Below, in pieces: positions 1 to 8,960 of a stretch of 32,000 bases of DNA. The stretch's first letter is position 1. Each line of letters starts with the position of its first letter. Origin of the DNA: Dickeya dadantii NCPPB 898 (lineage in GTDB: Bacteria > Pseudomonadota > Gammaproteobacteria > Enterobacterales > Enterobacteriaceae); the NCBI RefSeq assembly GCF_000406145.1, contig NZ_CM001976.1, forward strand, positions 13,186 through 45,185, read 5' to 3'. The translations under genes and the position numbers were made by a program. The notes below the pieces were generated by a model. It made no database searches. It was not told where the DNA came from and worked only from the letters and a program-made list of their open reading frames with translations.

Positions 1-65
1 CTGGGTGTGTAAGCGTAGCGATACGTTGAGCTAACCAGTACTAATGACCCGAGAGGCTTAACCTT
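1..65 (+). rRNA. rrl: 23S rRNA, 3' terminal fragment (gene continues upstream of window)
   Basis: Bases 1-65 (CTGGGTGTGTAAGCG..GAGCTAACC.GTACTAATGA.C.GAGGCTTAACCTT) match the remembered 3' end of E. coli 23S rRNA, ending in GGCTTAACCTT. A 5S gene follows about 105 nt downstream. Confidence 0.9.
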
Positions 66-170
66 ACAACACCGAAGGTGTTTTTGGTGAGAGACGACGA
101 TATTTGGCTTGTTCGATGGATTGGTTCCTGTGGTTGCACGGATGGTGTGACGGCGGGAATGAAAAGAATT

Positions 171-290
171 TGCCTGGCGGCGACAGCGCGGTGGTCCCAC
201 CTGACCCCATGCCGAACTCAGAAGTGAAACGCCGTAGCGCCGATGGTAGTGTGGGGTCTCCCCATGCGAGAGTAGGGAACTGCCAGGCAT
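171..290 (+). rRNA. rrf: 5S ribosomal RNA
   Basis: This 120-nt stretch runs TGCCTGGCGG..GGTGGTCCCACCTGACCCCATGCCGAACTCAGAAGTGAAACGCCGTAGCGCCGATGGTAGTGTGGGGTCTCCCCATGCGAGAGTAGGGAACTGCCAGGCAT. It is almost identical to E. coli 5S rRNA. Confidence 0.97.
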
Positions 291-298
291 CATATAAG

Positions 299-328
299 GA
301 ACCCCCGGTTAACGCCGGGGGTTTTTTG
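299..328 (+). terminator. rrn operon rho-independent terminator
   Basis: The stem ACCCCCGG (301-308) pairs with CCGGGGGT (315-322) around the loop TTAACG, followed by a T-run (322-327). It lies directly after the 5S gene. Confidence 0.8.
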
Positions 329-550
329 CTATGGGGCCGGGAAGCCGGCGTTACGGGATGGCGGTCCGGACAGGCGGCGGCCCGGTGGGGTGGTTTTACG
401 GTCCGGGCAGGTCCGGTCTTGTGCTCTCCCCCGCGTAGTGTCGCGCGTCTGCGCTGTGGCCCTGTCGCTTTTTCCCTGCAAGGCCTTCTCTTTATCTCCC
501 TCTCTCCGCGGTTTTTTAGCACTCTGCACAAACAGAATAATCATCTCGCT

Positions 551-1078
551 TCAGTCTCCGGCAGCGCCGGTTCTCCTTCGCAGCCAGTCACGGATAAATA
601 CGGCGATCTGCGCCGGCTGGTTGAGATCCAGACAGGGCAGGGCAAGGGTTAAGGCGGTATCGGTGGCCACGGCCAGCGTGTCGGCGTCGATCAACGCCGC
701 GATATCACCTCCTGGCCCGTGACGGTAAAGCAGAATTTTATCGACGGGTTCATGTTTGAAGCCTTCAACCAGAATCAAATCCAGCTTTGAGCTGTCCATT
801 CTGCTGGCCAGGAAGTATAGATCGGGTTCCTGCTGTTCCGGTGTTTCGGTCATCAACGCCCAGCGAGTGTTGCTGGCAACCAAAGTCTGGTCAGCACCGG
901 CCTTGCGCAGTTCATAGCTGTCCTTACCCGGTTTATCGACATCCATATCGTGGTGAGTATGCTTGATGATACCCACCCGGATCCCCATTGCGTTAAGCAA
1001 TGGGATGAGCTGCTTCAGTAAAGTGGTTTTGCCAGTACCGCTATGAGCGGTAATAGCCAGAAGTGGTATCTCAGTCAT
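551..1078 (-). CDS. mobB: Molybdopterin-guanine dinucleotide biosynthesis adapter protein MobB
   Basis: The translation MTEIPLLAITAHSGTGKTTLLKQLIP..IKHTHHDMDVDKPGKDSYELRKAGA has a P-loop and aligns along its length with E. coli MobB. I chose the ATG at 1078, not the track start at 1150, because its start ATGACTGA overlaps the mobA stop. Confidence 0.9.
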   Translation of the reverse strand: MTEIPLLAITAHSGTGKTTLLKQLIPLLNAMGIRVGIIKHTHHDMDVDKPGKDSYELRKAGADQTLVASNTRWALMTETPEQQEPDLYFLASRMDSSKLDLILVEGFKHEPVDKILLYRHGPGGDIAALIDADTLAVATDTALTLALPCLDLNQPAQIAVFIRDWLRRRTGAAGD

Positions 1079-1661
1079 GGTGTGGCTCCTGCCAGCGAGC
1101 CAGATCCTCTGGCGTATTGAGATTACGAAATGATAAAGGTTGATCTGCAAAAGAGACGGCTTTTGCTTCTATCTGCTCCAGAAACAGCATCAATTTCCGA
1201 TCGCCGTTGCTCAGATAAGCCTCCAGCTTCCCAATCAGCGAGGTGTGGATCGCCAATAATGTCGGATGCTCGCGAGACCCATCCGTGGCATAGGCGGCAA
1301 GATAATTATCATTTAACAGCAGTAACCGGGAAACCAGGTCAACAGGTAACGCGGGGACATCGCAGGGAACAAACACGACCCAGTCTGTTTTGGCGAGGCT
1401 TAACCCGGTAAAAATACCGGCCAGCGGGCCAGAAAAGTTACGGTTAATATCACCGATCACCGGATAACCGCTTTGCTGATAGCGTTCCTGATGACGATTG
1501 GCGTTGATAAGCAAGGTATCGACCTGCGGCTTAAGGCGATCAAGAACGTGCTGATAGAGCGGCTTACCTTCCAGTTCAATCAACCCCTTATCGTTTCCTC
1601 CCATACGGGATGACTGGCCGCCGGCCAGAATCACACCTGTTATCATCGTATTGGCATCCAT
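1071..1661 (-). CDS. mobA: Molybdenum cofactor guanylyltransferase MobA
   Basis: The translation MDANTMITGVILAGGQSSRMGGNDKGL..NANRHQERY..GPLAG..PCD aligns with E. coli MobA. The track's upstream 65 codons have no homology. The start could be 1661 or 1646. Confidence 0.88.
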   Translation of the reverse strand: MDANTMITGVILAGGQSSRMGGNDKGLIELEGKPLYQHVLDRLKPQVDTLLINANRHQERYQQSGYPVIGDINRNFSGPLAGIFTGLSLAKTDWVVFVPCDVPALPVDLVSRLLLLNDNYLAAYATDGSREHPTLLAIHTSLIGKLEAYLSNGDRKLMLFLEQIEAKAVSFADQPLSFRNLNTPEDLARWQEPHHD

Positions 1662-1756
1662 AATGATTTGATGCGTTATTGTCGGAAAAGTATGGCGCGA
1701 GGCCAAGCCCTTTCCCCATACTAGATAAACAGTCATTGATATTTGAGGTAGTGATA

Positions 1757-2026
1757 ATGAAATGCCATCGTTTAAATGAATTGATTGAACTGCTGCACCC
1801 GGCCTGGCAAAAAGAGCCGGATTTAAATTTGGTGCAATTTTTACAAAAACTTGCACAGGAAGCCGGGTTCGAGGGGGCGCTTAGTGATTTGACTGATGAT
1901 ATCCTTATTTATCATTTAAAATTGCGTGACGCAGATAGCGCACAGCCTATTCCCGGCTTGCAGAAAGATTATGAAGAAGATTTCAAAACCGCATTACTGC
2001 GTGCCCGTGGCGTTATCAAGGATTAG
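1757..2026 (+). CDS. yihD: DUF1040 family protein YihD
   Basis: The translation [73 protein letters not shown] is near-identical to E. coli YihD. A GAGG Shine-Dalgarno sequence lies at 1745-1748. The track start at 1679 was rejected. Confidence 0.87.
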   Translation: MKCHRLNELIELLHPAWQKEPDLNLVQFLQKLAQEAGFEGALSDLTDDILIYHLKLRDADSAQPIPGLQKDYEEDFKTALLRARGVIKD

Positions 2027-2067
2027 CGGCTTCACTCATAGTCCGATGCAATGGAACGGTGCCTGTC

Positions 2068-3054
2068 ATGCATGATTCCGTATTCAATTTTCATACACTG
2101 TCGCCGGATGTCGTCATGGATGCGCTCTGGTCTGTGGATATCCGTGTCGATTCCGGCCTGACAGCGCTTAATAGCTATGAAAATCGGGTTTATCAGTTCA
2201 GTGATGAAGAACGTAAACGTTATGTGGTGAAGTTTTATCGGCCGCAACGTTGGAATGCTGCCCAGATTAACGAAGAACATCATTTTGCGGCCGAGTTATT
2301 CGATGATGAAGTGCCGGTTGTAGCGCCGCTGGCCCTACAGGGCAATACGCTGCATGAGCATGATGGTTTCTGGTTTGCTGTGTTTCCCAGCGTGGGCGGG
2401 CGTCAGTATGAAATGGACAATGACGACCAACTGGAGGAGGTTGGGCGTTATCTGGGCCGAATTCATCAGACCGGTAGTCGAAATCTGTTTTCAACCCGCC
2501 CTACTATCGGGTTGCTGGAATACCTTGATGACCCGCTGGTCACGTTAACTGACAGCTCCCTGATTTCCGACGCGCAAAAAGCGCCGTTTCTAACGGTGAC
2601 GACCCGGCTGATTGATGAAGTAAAACTGCACTGGAATACGCACTGGCAAGCCAGACGCCTGCACGGCGACTGCCATCCCGGTAATATTCTTTGGCGTGAT
2701 GGCCCATTGTTTGTCGATCTGGACGATGCGCGTAATGGCCCGGCGGTGCAGGATCTCTGGATGCTGTTACATGGAGATCGTCAAGAGCAGCGCATCCAGC
2801 TGGATATTTTGCTGGATGCCTACAGTGAGTTCGCCTCTTTTGATGAAGCGGAGCTGGCATTGATTGAACCGCTACGCGCTATGCGTATGGTTCACTATCT
2901 GGCCTGGGTAGCTCGTCGTTGGCATGACCCTGCTTTTCCTCGTAGTTTTCCATGGATGCAGGAAGCTGATTTCTGGGCAAAGCAGGCCACTATTTTTACT
3001 GAACAGGTAAGGCTGTTGCAGGAACCACCGCTGCAGCTGACACCGATGTACTGA
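2068..3054 (+). CDS. srkA: Stress response Ser/Thr kinase SrkA (RdoA/YihE)
   Basis: The translation [85 protein letters not shown] is colinear with E. coli SrkA. I chose the ATG at 2068; the GTG at 2059 is an alternative start. Confidence 0.88.
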   Translation: MHDSVFNFHTLSPDVVMDALWSVDIRVDSGLTALNSYENRVYQFSDEERKRYVVKFYRPQRWNAAQINEEHHFAAELFDDEVPVVAPLALQGNTLHEHDGFWFAVFPSVGGRQYEMDNDDQLEEVGRYLGRIHQTGSRNLFSTRPTIGLLEYLDDPLVTLTDSSLISDAQKAPFLTVTTRLIDEVKLHWNTHWQARRLHGDCHPGNILWRDGPLFVDLDDARNGPAVQDLWMLLHGDRQEQRIQLDILLDAYSEFASFDEAELALIEPLRAMRMVHYLAWVARRWHDPAFPRSFPWMQEADFWAKQATIFTEQVRLLQEPPLQLTPMY

Positions 3055-3076
3055 CACTTATGGAGATAACGTTGAT

Positions 3077-3700
3077 ATGAAGAAATTATGGCTTGCGCTG
3101 GCTGGCATGGTGTTGGCGTTCAGTGCGTCAGCAGCTGATTTTTCCGATGGCAAACAGTATGCCACGCTGGATAAACCGGTTCCTCAATCCCCTCAGGTGC
3201 TGGAGTTCTTCTCATTCTATTGCCCGCACTGTTATCAGTTTGCTCAGGTTTACCATATTCCTGACGCCATTCAGAAAGCGCTGCCGGCCGATGCCAAGCT
3301 GACCAAATACCATGTCGATTTTCTGGGAGAATTGGGCAAGGAACTGACTCAGGCCTGGGCGGTAGCGATTGCTCTGGGTGTGGAAGACAAAGTCAGCCCG
3401 CTGATGTTTGATGCGGTTCAGAAGACTCAGACCGTGAAACAACCTCAAGACATTCGTCAGGTCTTTGTGGCGGCTGGCGTAAAAGCTGAAGATTATGACA
3501 GCGCCCTGAATAGCTTCGTGGTGAAATCTCTGGTTGCTCAGCAGGAGAAAGCGGCTGCCGATCTACAGCTGCGAGGGGTTCCGGCCGTGTTCGTGAACGG
3601 CAAATATATGATAAAAAGCGATGGGCTTGATACCAGCTCTATGGACAACTACGTCAAACAATATGCTGATGTAGTGAAATTCCTGCTCTCTCAGAAATAA
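3077..3700 (+). CDS. dsbA: Periplasmic thiol:disulfide oxidoreductase DsbA
   Basis: The product has the signal peptide [19 protein letters not shown] and the [12 protein letters not shown] active site (CPHC). It has DsbA family length of 207 aa and sits in the conserved position after srkA. Confidence 0.95.
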   Translation: MKKLWLALAGMVLAFSASAADFSDGKQYATLDKPVPQSPQVLEFFSFYCPHCYQFAQVYHIPDAIQKALPADAKLTKYHVDFLGELGKELTQAWAVAIALGVEDKVSPLMFDAVQKTQTVKQPQDIRQVFVAAGVKAEDYDSALNSFVVKSLVAQQEKAAADLQLRGVPAVFVNGKYMIKSDGLDTSSMDNYVKQYADVVKFLLSQK

Positions 3701-3719
3701 GCTTTCTGCCGCTTCTCTG

Positions 3720-3753
3720 CGCCATACGTTTTACCACGTGTGGCGTTTTTGTT
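3720..3753 (+). terminator. Putative dsbA rho-independent terminator
   Basis: CGCCATAC (3720-3727) pairs with GTGTGGCG (3738-3745), including one G-U pair, around a 10-nt loop. It is followed by TTTTTGTTT. Confidence 0.6.
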
Positions 3754-3954
3754 TCTGCGCCAATGGTAACGTCTGGACATTTCTGCTTACCGCCCAGAAT
3801 TTCGATTTCATATATATCCACATCAATAACAACGCCTTGATATAACTGCAATGTCAATGTTTTTATCCTAACGCTTTGATTAATAAATAATTACATATGC
3901 ATTCTACTTCTATTGATATCTCTGTTAATTATCTTTCAATTTCTATGCACAAAG

Positions 3955-3963
3955 TTATCCACA
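3955..3963 (+). promoter_or_regulatory. Consensus DnaA box upstream of polA
   Basis: There is an exact TTATCCACA at 3955-3963, about 115 nt upstream of the polA ATG. It lies just upstream of a possible -35 TTGCGA (3970-3975) and -10 TAATGA (3994-3999). An 8/9 box ATATCCACA lies at 3814-3822. E. coli polA is known to carry a DnaA box in its promoter. Confidence 0.6.
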
Positions 3964-4078
3964 GGTTTTTTGCGAAGCATTGTGCAAAAAGCGTAATGAG
4001 CGAGCGTTAGTATTCGTCTCTGACTGTCAGCTATGGCATCCTTAACTTCATGTCAGAAAACAACGATCGCGAAATATC

Positions 4079-6913
4079 ATGGTTCAAATAGCAGAGAATC
4101 CCCTCATTCTGGTTGACGGTTCATCGTACCTGTACCGCGCCTATCATGCCTTCCCCCCACTGACCAACGGTGCCGGCGAACCGACCGGCGCGATGTATGG
4201 CGTGCTCAACATGTTGCGCAGTTTGTTGCAGCAATACCATCCCAGTCATGTCGCGGTGGTGTTTGACGCGAAGGGTAAGACGTTTCGTGATGATTTGTTT
4301 GAGCACTACAAATCTCACCGGCCGCCGATGCCGGATGATCTGCGCGCTCAGATTGAACCGTTGCACCGCATGGTGAAAGCGATGGGGTTGCCGTTGCTCT
4401 CCGTGTCCGGCGTAGAGGCGGATGATGTGATTGGAACGCTGGCGCAGCAGGCGGAGCGTGTGGGCAAACCGGTTTTGATCAGCACCGGCGACAAGGACAT
4501 GGCGCAATTGGTGACGCCAAATATCACGCTGATCAACACCATGAACAACACCATTCTGGGGCCGGATGAGGTCTGTGCCAAATACGGTATTCCGCCGTCG
4601 CTGATCATTGATTTTCTGGCTCTGATGGGGGATTCCTCCGATAACATTCCCGGTGTGCCGGGCGTGGGTGAAAAAACCGCACAGGCATTACTGCAAGGGT
4701 TGGGAGGGCTGGATACCCTATATGCCGATTTGGATAAGATCGCGAGCCTGACCTTTCGGGGTGCCAAGACCATGGTAGCCAAGCTGGAACAGAACAAAGA
4801 GTTGGCTTACCTCTCCTACCAACTGGCCACGATCAAAACGGATGTTGAACTGGAACTGGGTTGCGAACAACTGACGGTGAATGAGCCGGATGTGGCGGAA
4901 TTGCACGAATTGTTCACCCGTTATGAGTTCAAACGCTGGCTGGCGGATGTGGAAGACGGCAAATGGTTGCAGGGTGGTAGAAAGAGCCAGCCTGCGGTGC
5001 CGTTTGTTAAAGCGACGGTGGAAGCAACGCCGAAAGAAGCGGCCAGCGTGCTGTCCCAGGATGGCTACGTCACCATTCTCGATGAGAAAGTGCTGCTGGA
5101 TTGGCTTGAGCGGATAAAAACCGCCGCTCTGTTCTCGTTCGATACCGAAACCGATGGTCTTGATACCCTGACCGCCAATTTGGTGGGCGTGTCGTTGGCG
5201 ATTAAACCAGGCGAAGCGGCTTATCTGCCATTAGGGCATATTACGTCGAGAGTTTACTCCAGTAATATTTACAGCAGCACGGTATCGCCTGCGACGAGAA
5301 TGTCCACGCAGTTGGATCGCGATCGGGTGCTGGCGCTGCTGAAGCCGCTGCTGGAAGATGACGGTATTCGCAAGATCGGGCAAAACCTGAAGTTTGATAA
5401 AGGCGTGATGGCTCGCTATGGCATCGACCTGCGCGGCATTGCCTTTGACACCATGCTGGAGTCGTATGTACTCGATAGTGTGGCCGGCCGTCATGACATG
5501 GACAGCCTGTCGGAGCGTTATTTGCAGCATAAGACCATCACGTTTGAAGAGATTGCCGGTAAGGGCAAAAACCAGCTGACGTTCGATCAAATTCCGCTGG
5601 CGCAGGCATCTGTCTACGCGGCTGAAGATGCCGATGTGACACTGCGTCTGCACGAGACGCTATGGGCGAAGCTGGAGCCGCAGCAGGAACTGCGCAAGGT
5701 ATTCCAGAATATCGATATGCCGCTGGTGCCGGTTTTGTCGCGCATAGAGCGCACCGGGGTGCTTATCGATACCACGATTCTGGCGGAGCATTCGCGGGAG
5801 CTGACGCAACGTCTGGCGGAGCTGGAAGTGCAAGCGCATGAGCTGGCGGGGGAAGCCTTCAATTTGTCTTCTCCCAAACAGCTAGGCGCCATTCTGTACG
5901 AAAAACTGCAGTTGCCGGTCATCAAAAAAACCCCGAAAGGCGCGCCTTCCACCAATGAAGAAGTGTTGGCCGAGCTGGCGCTGGATTATCCACTGCCGAA
6001 GCTGATTTTGGAGCATCGTGGGCTGGCGAAACTGAAATCCACTTACACGGATAAACTGCCGCAGATGATCAATCCGCTGACCAGGCGGGTGCACACTTCC
6101 TATCATCAGGCGGTAACGGCAACCGGGCGTCTATCCTCCAGCGATCCTAACCTGCAGAACATTCCGGTGCGTAATGAAGAAGGTCGGCGCATCCGTCAGG
6201 CGTTCATTGCACCGGAGGGATACCGTATTCTGGCGGCGGACTACTCGCAAATCGAATTGCGCATCATGGCGCATCTGTCGCGGGATGCCGGATTGCTGAG
6301 GGCGTTTTCCCACGGTCTGGATATTCACCGCGCTACGGCTGCCGAGGTATTCGGTCTGCCGCTCGACAGGGTGACCACCGAACAGCGCCGCAGCGCCAAA
6401 GCCATCAATTTTGGTTTGATTTACGGCATGAGCGCATTTGGTTTGTCCCGCCAGCTGGCTATTCCGCGTAGCGAAGCTCAAAAATATATGAACCTCTATT
6501 TTGAGCGTTACCCGGGCGTGCAGGAGTACATGGAGCGCACTCGTCAGCAGGCGGCGGATCAAGGATATGTGTCCACGCTGGATGGCCGCCGTCTCTATTT
6601 GCCGGATATTCATTCCCGCAACGTCAATAGCCGCAAGGCAGCGGAACGGGCGGCCATCAATGCGCCGATGCAGGGCACTGCGGCGGACATCATCAAAAAA
6701 GCGATGATTGCCATTGATGCCTGGTTACGGCAGGAAAAGCCGTTGGTGACGATGCTGATGCAGGTACACGATGAACTGGTGTTTGAAGTGCATCACTCGG
6801 TACTGGACGAAGCCAGTGCGAAAATACGCAACCTGATGGAAGGTTGCATGCAGCTGGACGTGCCGTTGCAGGTGGATATCGGTACCGGTAGTAACTGGGA
6901 TCAGGCTCATTAA
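4079..6913 (+). CDS. polA: DNA polymerase I
   Basis: The 944-aa product is colinear with E. coli PolA. Shared motifs are [28 protein letters not shown], ExoI FDTETD, ExoII QNLKFD, YAAEDAD, the pol motifs [12 protein letters not shown] and [14 protein letters not shown], and QVHDELVFE. It carries an extra in-frame segment at 5240-5305 (see findings). Confidence 0.97.
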   Translation: MVQIAENPLILVDGSSYLYRAYHAFPPLTNGAGEPTGAMYGVLNMLRSLLQQYHPSHVAVVFDAKGKTFRDDLFEHYKSHRPPMPDDLRAQIEPLHRMVKAMGLPLLSVSGVEADDVIGTLAQQAERVGKPVLISTGDKDMAQLVTPNITLINTMNNTILGPDEVCAKYGIPPSLIIDFLALMGDSSDNIPGVPGVGEKTAQALLQGLGGLDTLYADLDKIASLTFRGAKTMVAKLEQNKELAYLSYQLATIKTDVELELGCEQLTVNEPDVAELHELFTRYEFKRWLADVEDGKWLQGGRKSQPAVPFVKATVEATPKEAASVLSQDGYVTILDEKVLLDWLERIKTAALFSFDTETDGLDTLTANLVGVSLAIKPGEAAYLPLGHITSRVYSSNIYSSTVSPATRMSTQLDRDRVLALLKPLLEDDGIRKIGQNLKFDKGVMARYGIDLRGIAFDTMLESYVLDSVAGRHDMDSLSERYLQHKTITFEEIAGKGKNQLTFDQIPLAQASVYAAEDADVTLRLHETLWAKLEPQQELRKVFQNIDMPLVPVLSRIERTGVLIDTTILAEHSRELTQRLAELEVQAHELAGEAFNLSSPKQLGAILYEKLQLPVIKKTPKGAPSTNEEVLAELALDYPLPKLILEHRGLAKLKSTYTDKLPQMINPLTRRVHTSYHQAVTATGRLSSSDPNLQNIPVRNEEGRRIRQAFIAPEGYRILAADYSQIELRIMAHLSRDAGLLRAFSHGLDIHRATAAEVFGLPLDRVTTEQRRSAKAINFGLIYGMSAFGLSRQLAIPRSEAQKYMNLYFERYPGVQEYMERTRQQAADQGYVSTLDGRRLYLPDIHSRNVNSRKAAERAAINAPMQGTAADIIKKAMIAIDAWLRQEKPLVTMLMQVHDELVFEVHHSVLDEASAKIRNLMEGCMQLDVPLQVDIGTGSNWDQAH

Positions 6914-7160
6914 GCTATCTGGTGAAAGAGTCTGGTCAGACTGATTCTGGCTGTTATGCTGATTTTTTCCATGAATACCATAAGAAATATCGTCTTTATT
7001 TTTTATGTTGGTTTTTTCAGCTGAATCCTAAGCAATTCTGTAATTAAACTACAGGATTGTGTGACCCGGTTTGGGTTTGTTTAATTCATCACCGATTTTT
7101 ATGAAATTAAACAACAAAAAAACCTTTTTTCCAGAAAGGAAATGGGGTAGAGTTAAACGC

Positions 7161-7269
7161 GTAGGGTACAGAGGTAAGATGTTCTATCTTTCAGACCTTT
7201 TACTTCACGTAATCGGATTTGGCTGAATGTTAGCCGCCCCGGTCGGGTTTCTGACCGGGGCGTTTTTTA
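7161..7269 (+). ncRNA. spf: Spot 42 small RNA
   Basis: GTAGGGTACAGAGGTAAGATGTTCTATCTTTCAGACCTTTTACTTCACGTAATCGGATTTGGCTGAAT is essentially identical to E. coli Spot 42. It ends in its own terminator, GCCCCGGTC/GACCGGGGC followed by TTTTTT. It sits in the conserved position between polA and engB. Confidence 0.93.
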
Positions 7270-7299
7270 TTGTCTGGATGGCGGATTCACTGGATAACA

Positions 7300-7336
7300 A
7301 AAACCTATGCTACCGGCGGAGCAATCAGCCGGTAGC
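7300..7336 (-). terminator. Putative engB terminator
   Basis: A perfect 9-bp inverted repeat, GCTACCGGC (7309-7317) and GCCGGTAGC (7328-7336), has a 10-nt loop. On the minus strand it is followed by ATAGGTTTTTGTT. The T-run is offset by 5 nt, so confidence is only moderate. Confidence 0.45.
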
Positions 7337-7377
7337 CATCGGGATAGTGATTCTGTCGGGAAGGATTTACCGATGTA

Positions 7378-8022
7378 TTACAAGTCGGATTCTGGCTGAG
7401 ATTGCAACTCTGCTGACGGCAACGTACTGAACCAGCTATCTAATTTCTGACGTAATTTATCTACACCGGTTTTTTTCAGCGAAGAAAACGCTTCAACCTG
7501 AATATCCCCCATGAACGGCAACACCGCTTCCCGCACCATGTTCAACTGGGATTTGCGGGCGCCCTGAGCCAGCTTGTCGGCTTTGGTCAGCAGCACTAGC
7601 ACCGGCAAACCGACATCAACGGCCCACTCCAGCATCTGCTGGTCCAGATCCTTGAGCGGGTGACGGATATCCATCAATACCACCAGTCCTTTCAGGCAGT
7701 CACGTTTTTGCAGGTATTCGCCAAGCGCACGTTGCCATTTGCGTTTCATCTCTTCCGGCACTTCGGCATAGCCATAGCCAGGCAAATCGACCAGGCGTAC
7801 GCCATCGGCCACTTCAAACAGGTTGATAAGCTGGGTTCGACCCGGTGTCTTACTGGTGCGGGCCAGACTTTTCTGGTTGGTCAGCGTATTGAGCGCGCTG
7901 GATTTGCCCGCGTTGGAACGGCCGGCAAAAGCGACTTCAATACCGCTGTCGGCAGGAAGATGACGAATGTCCGGCGCGCTGGTGACGAAATGGGTCACAT
8001 GGTAGTTGTATTGTTGGGTCAC
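7378..8022 (-). CDS. engB: Ribosome biogenesis GTPase EngB (YihA/YsxC)
   Basis: The translation (GTG)[68 protein letters not shown] is near-identical to E. coli EngB. There is no ATG at the homologous N-terminus, so the GTG at 8022 is inferred as the start. The track's 61 upstream codons were rejected. Confidence 0.88.
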   Translation of the reverse strand: MTQQYNYHVTHFVTSAPDIRHLPADSGIEVAFAGRSNAGKSSALNTLTNQKSLARTSKTPGRTQLINLFEVADGVRLVDLPGYGYAEVPEEMKRKWQRALGEYLQKRDCLKGLVVLMDIRHPLKDLDQQMLEWAVDVGLPVLVLLTKADKLAQGARKSQLNMVREAVLPFMGDIQVEAFSSLKKTGVDKLRQKLDSWFSTLPSAELQSQPESDL

Positions 8023-8245
8023 AGTTTGCGTCTCTATCTGGATCACGGTGTTATGTGGCTGATTATACCTGCAACTGATAAGAAAGGCGGAGTTTATCTG
8101 TTTTTGTCGGGGTGTTACCGTCTTAACAGACTGAAAAAATAAAACCAGCACAGAGCTCTTGGAGCACTTTTTTATTGGTATGCTTTCTGCTAGATTCCGC
8201 CGCAATTCTCCTTATATTCGCTCATCTGAACCCGAGATTGACGCT

Positions 8246-8779
8246 ATGAAACAACCATCAAAAGGGGCGGAACGCAAAGCCTCCGCACCGAAGATCAAAA
8301 GAAAAAGCCGTGAGCAGCTGGATCTGGAAGCTCGCGACCGCAAACGCCAGAAAAAACACCGTGGCCATGCAGCGGGAAGTCGTGCTCAGCCGTCCGGCGA
8401 CCACCAGCAAAACGCCGCTTCCGGCAAGGCGAAAGACCCGCGTATTGGCAGCAAAAAACCGGTGTCGTTGCTGCCGGAAGGTACGGCCGTAGCGGTGAAA
8501 GCGCCGGTGCCGGCGGCAGAAAAACCCGTTCGCCAGTCGCCGCAGGACGAGCTGGAAATGCTGGAGAATGATCCGCGTCTGGATGCATTGCTGGACCGTC
8601 TGGAAAAAGGCGAAACGCTGTCGGCCAAAGAACAATCCTGGCTGGATGAGACGCTGGATCGTATCGATATTCTGATGGAGCAATTGGGCATCAGTCTGGA
8701 CGATGACGAGGAAGACGAAGAGCAGGAAGAGGATATGCTGCAACTGCTCCGTCGCGGTAATCCGAAAGACGGCTATTGA
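8246..8779 (+). CDS. yihI: Der GTPase-activating protein YihI
   Basis: The translation [79 protein letters not shown]...DDDEEDEE is colinear with E. coli YihI. I chose the ATG at 8246 rather than the track start at 8159. Confidence 0.88.
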   Translation: MKQPSKGAERKASAPKIKRKSREQLDLEARDRKRQKKHRGHAAGSRAQPSGDHQQNAASGKAKDPRIGSKKPVSLLPEGTAVAVKAPVPAAEKPVRQSPQDELEMLENDPRLDALLDRLEKGETLSAKEQSWLDETLDRIDILMEQLGISLDDDEEDEEQEEDMLQLLRRGNPKDGY

Positions 8780-8955
8780 TGCTGAAAGCGCTGTTTCTGC
8801 TCATAACCTTACTGGTTCTGTGTTTTTTGGGCGGCCTGTTGGTTAAACTGTGGTGCCTGTCTAAACGGAAAGACAGATTACAGCGTGCCGTATTGGCCGG
8901 GCAGCGTCGGCTGCCTTCGCGCCGTGCGGCGAGGATCGGTTACCGGAAGGAGTGA
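8779..8955 (+). CDS. Candidate small membrane protein (58 aa), below the ORF-track cutoff
   Basis: My hand translation is [58 protein letters not shown]. The ATG overlaps the yihI stop (TGATG at 8777-8781), and its TGA (8953-8955) sits in the hemN Shine-Dalgarno region. It has one hydrophobic helix followed by an Arg/Lys-rich tail. I recognise no homologue, and it contains several rare codons (ATA, AGA, AGG, CGG). Confidence 0.3.
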   Translation: MLKALFLLITLLVLCFLGGLLVKLWCLSKRKDRLQRAVLAGQRRLPSRRAARIGYRKE

Positions 8956-8960
8956 GCAGC

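Noticed and set aside
64-722. Track ORFs at 64-531(-), 104-652(+), 329-544(-) and 390-722(+), which could suggest genes downstream of the rRNA.
   Set aside because: They read through the 23S-5S spacer, the 5S rRNA gene, the rrn terminator or the 3' end of mobB. Their translations are Arg/Pro/Gly-rich nonsense typical of GC-rich non-coding DNA.
1679-2026. N-terminal extensions suggested by the track's longest-ORF coordinates. These affect yihD (1679), mobB (1150), mobA (1856), engB (8205), yihI (8159), glnG (12148), glnA (14787), dtd (17542), recG (24860) and gmk (28711).
   Set aside because: In every case homology to the E. coli protein begins at an internal ATG or GTG with a better Shine-Dalgarno sequence or a translational-coupling context. 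The extensions either overlap the neighbouring gene or are unconserved.
3901-4014. A 37-codon ORF (MHSTSIDISVNYLSISMHKVIHRFFAKHCAKSVMSER) in the dsbA-polA spacer.
   Set aside because: It has no Shine-Dalgarno sequence and an AT-rich chance frame. It overlaps the DnaA box and the putative polA promoter, so it is more plausibly regulatory DNA.
6956-7024. A 22-codon very hydrophobic ORF (MLIFSMNTIRNIVFIFYVGFFS) just downstream of polA, which could be a type I toxin-like peptide.
   Set aside because: It has no Shine-Dalgarno sequence before either ATG and no flanking antisense-RNA-like structure or terminator. It lies in T-rich DNA, where hydrophobic frames arise by chance. It is not supportable from sequence alone.
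7078-7093. A CRP-like site, TGTTTAATTCATCACC, upstream of spf, plus TGTGA at 7059-7063.
   Set aside because: It matches only 7/10 core positions of TGTGA-N6-TCACA, and I cannot recall where the real E. coli spf CRP site lies. It is too weak to call as a feature.
8023-8245. Possible CsrC sRNA. In E. coli, csrC lies between yihA/engB and yihI.
   Set aside because: The 223-bp spacer has only two or three GGA motifs per strand, whereas CsrC has many GGA-loop hairpins. It must also hold two divergent promoters, and it lacks a strong terminator. CsrC therefore appears to be absent from this locus.
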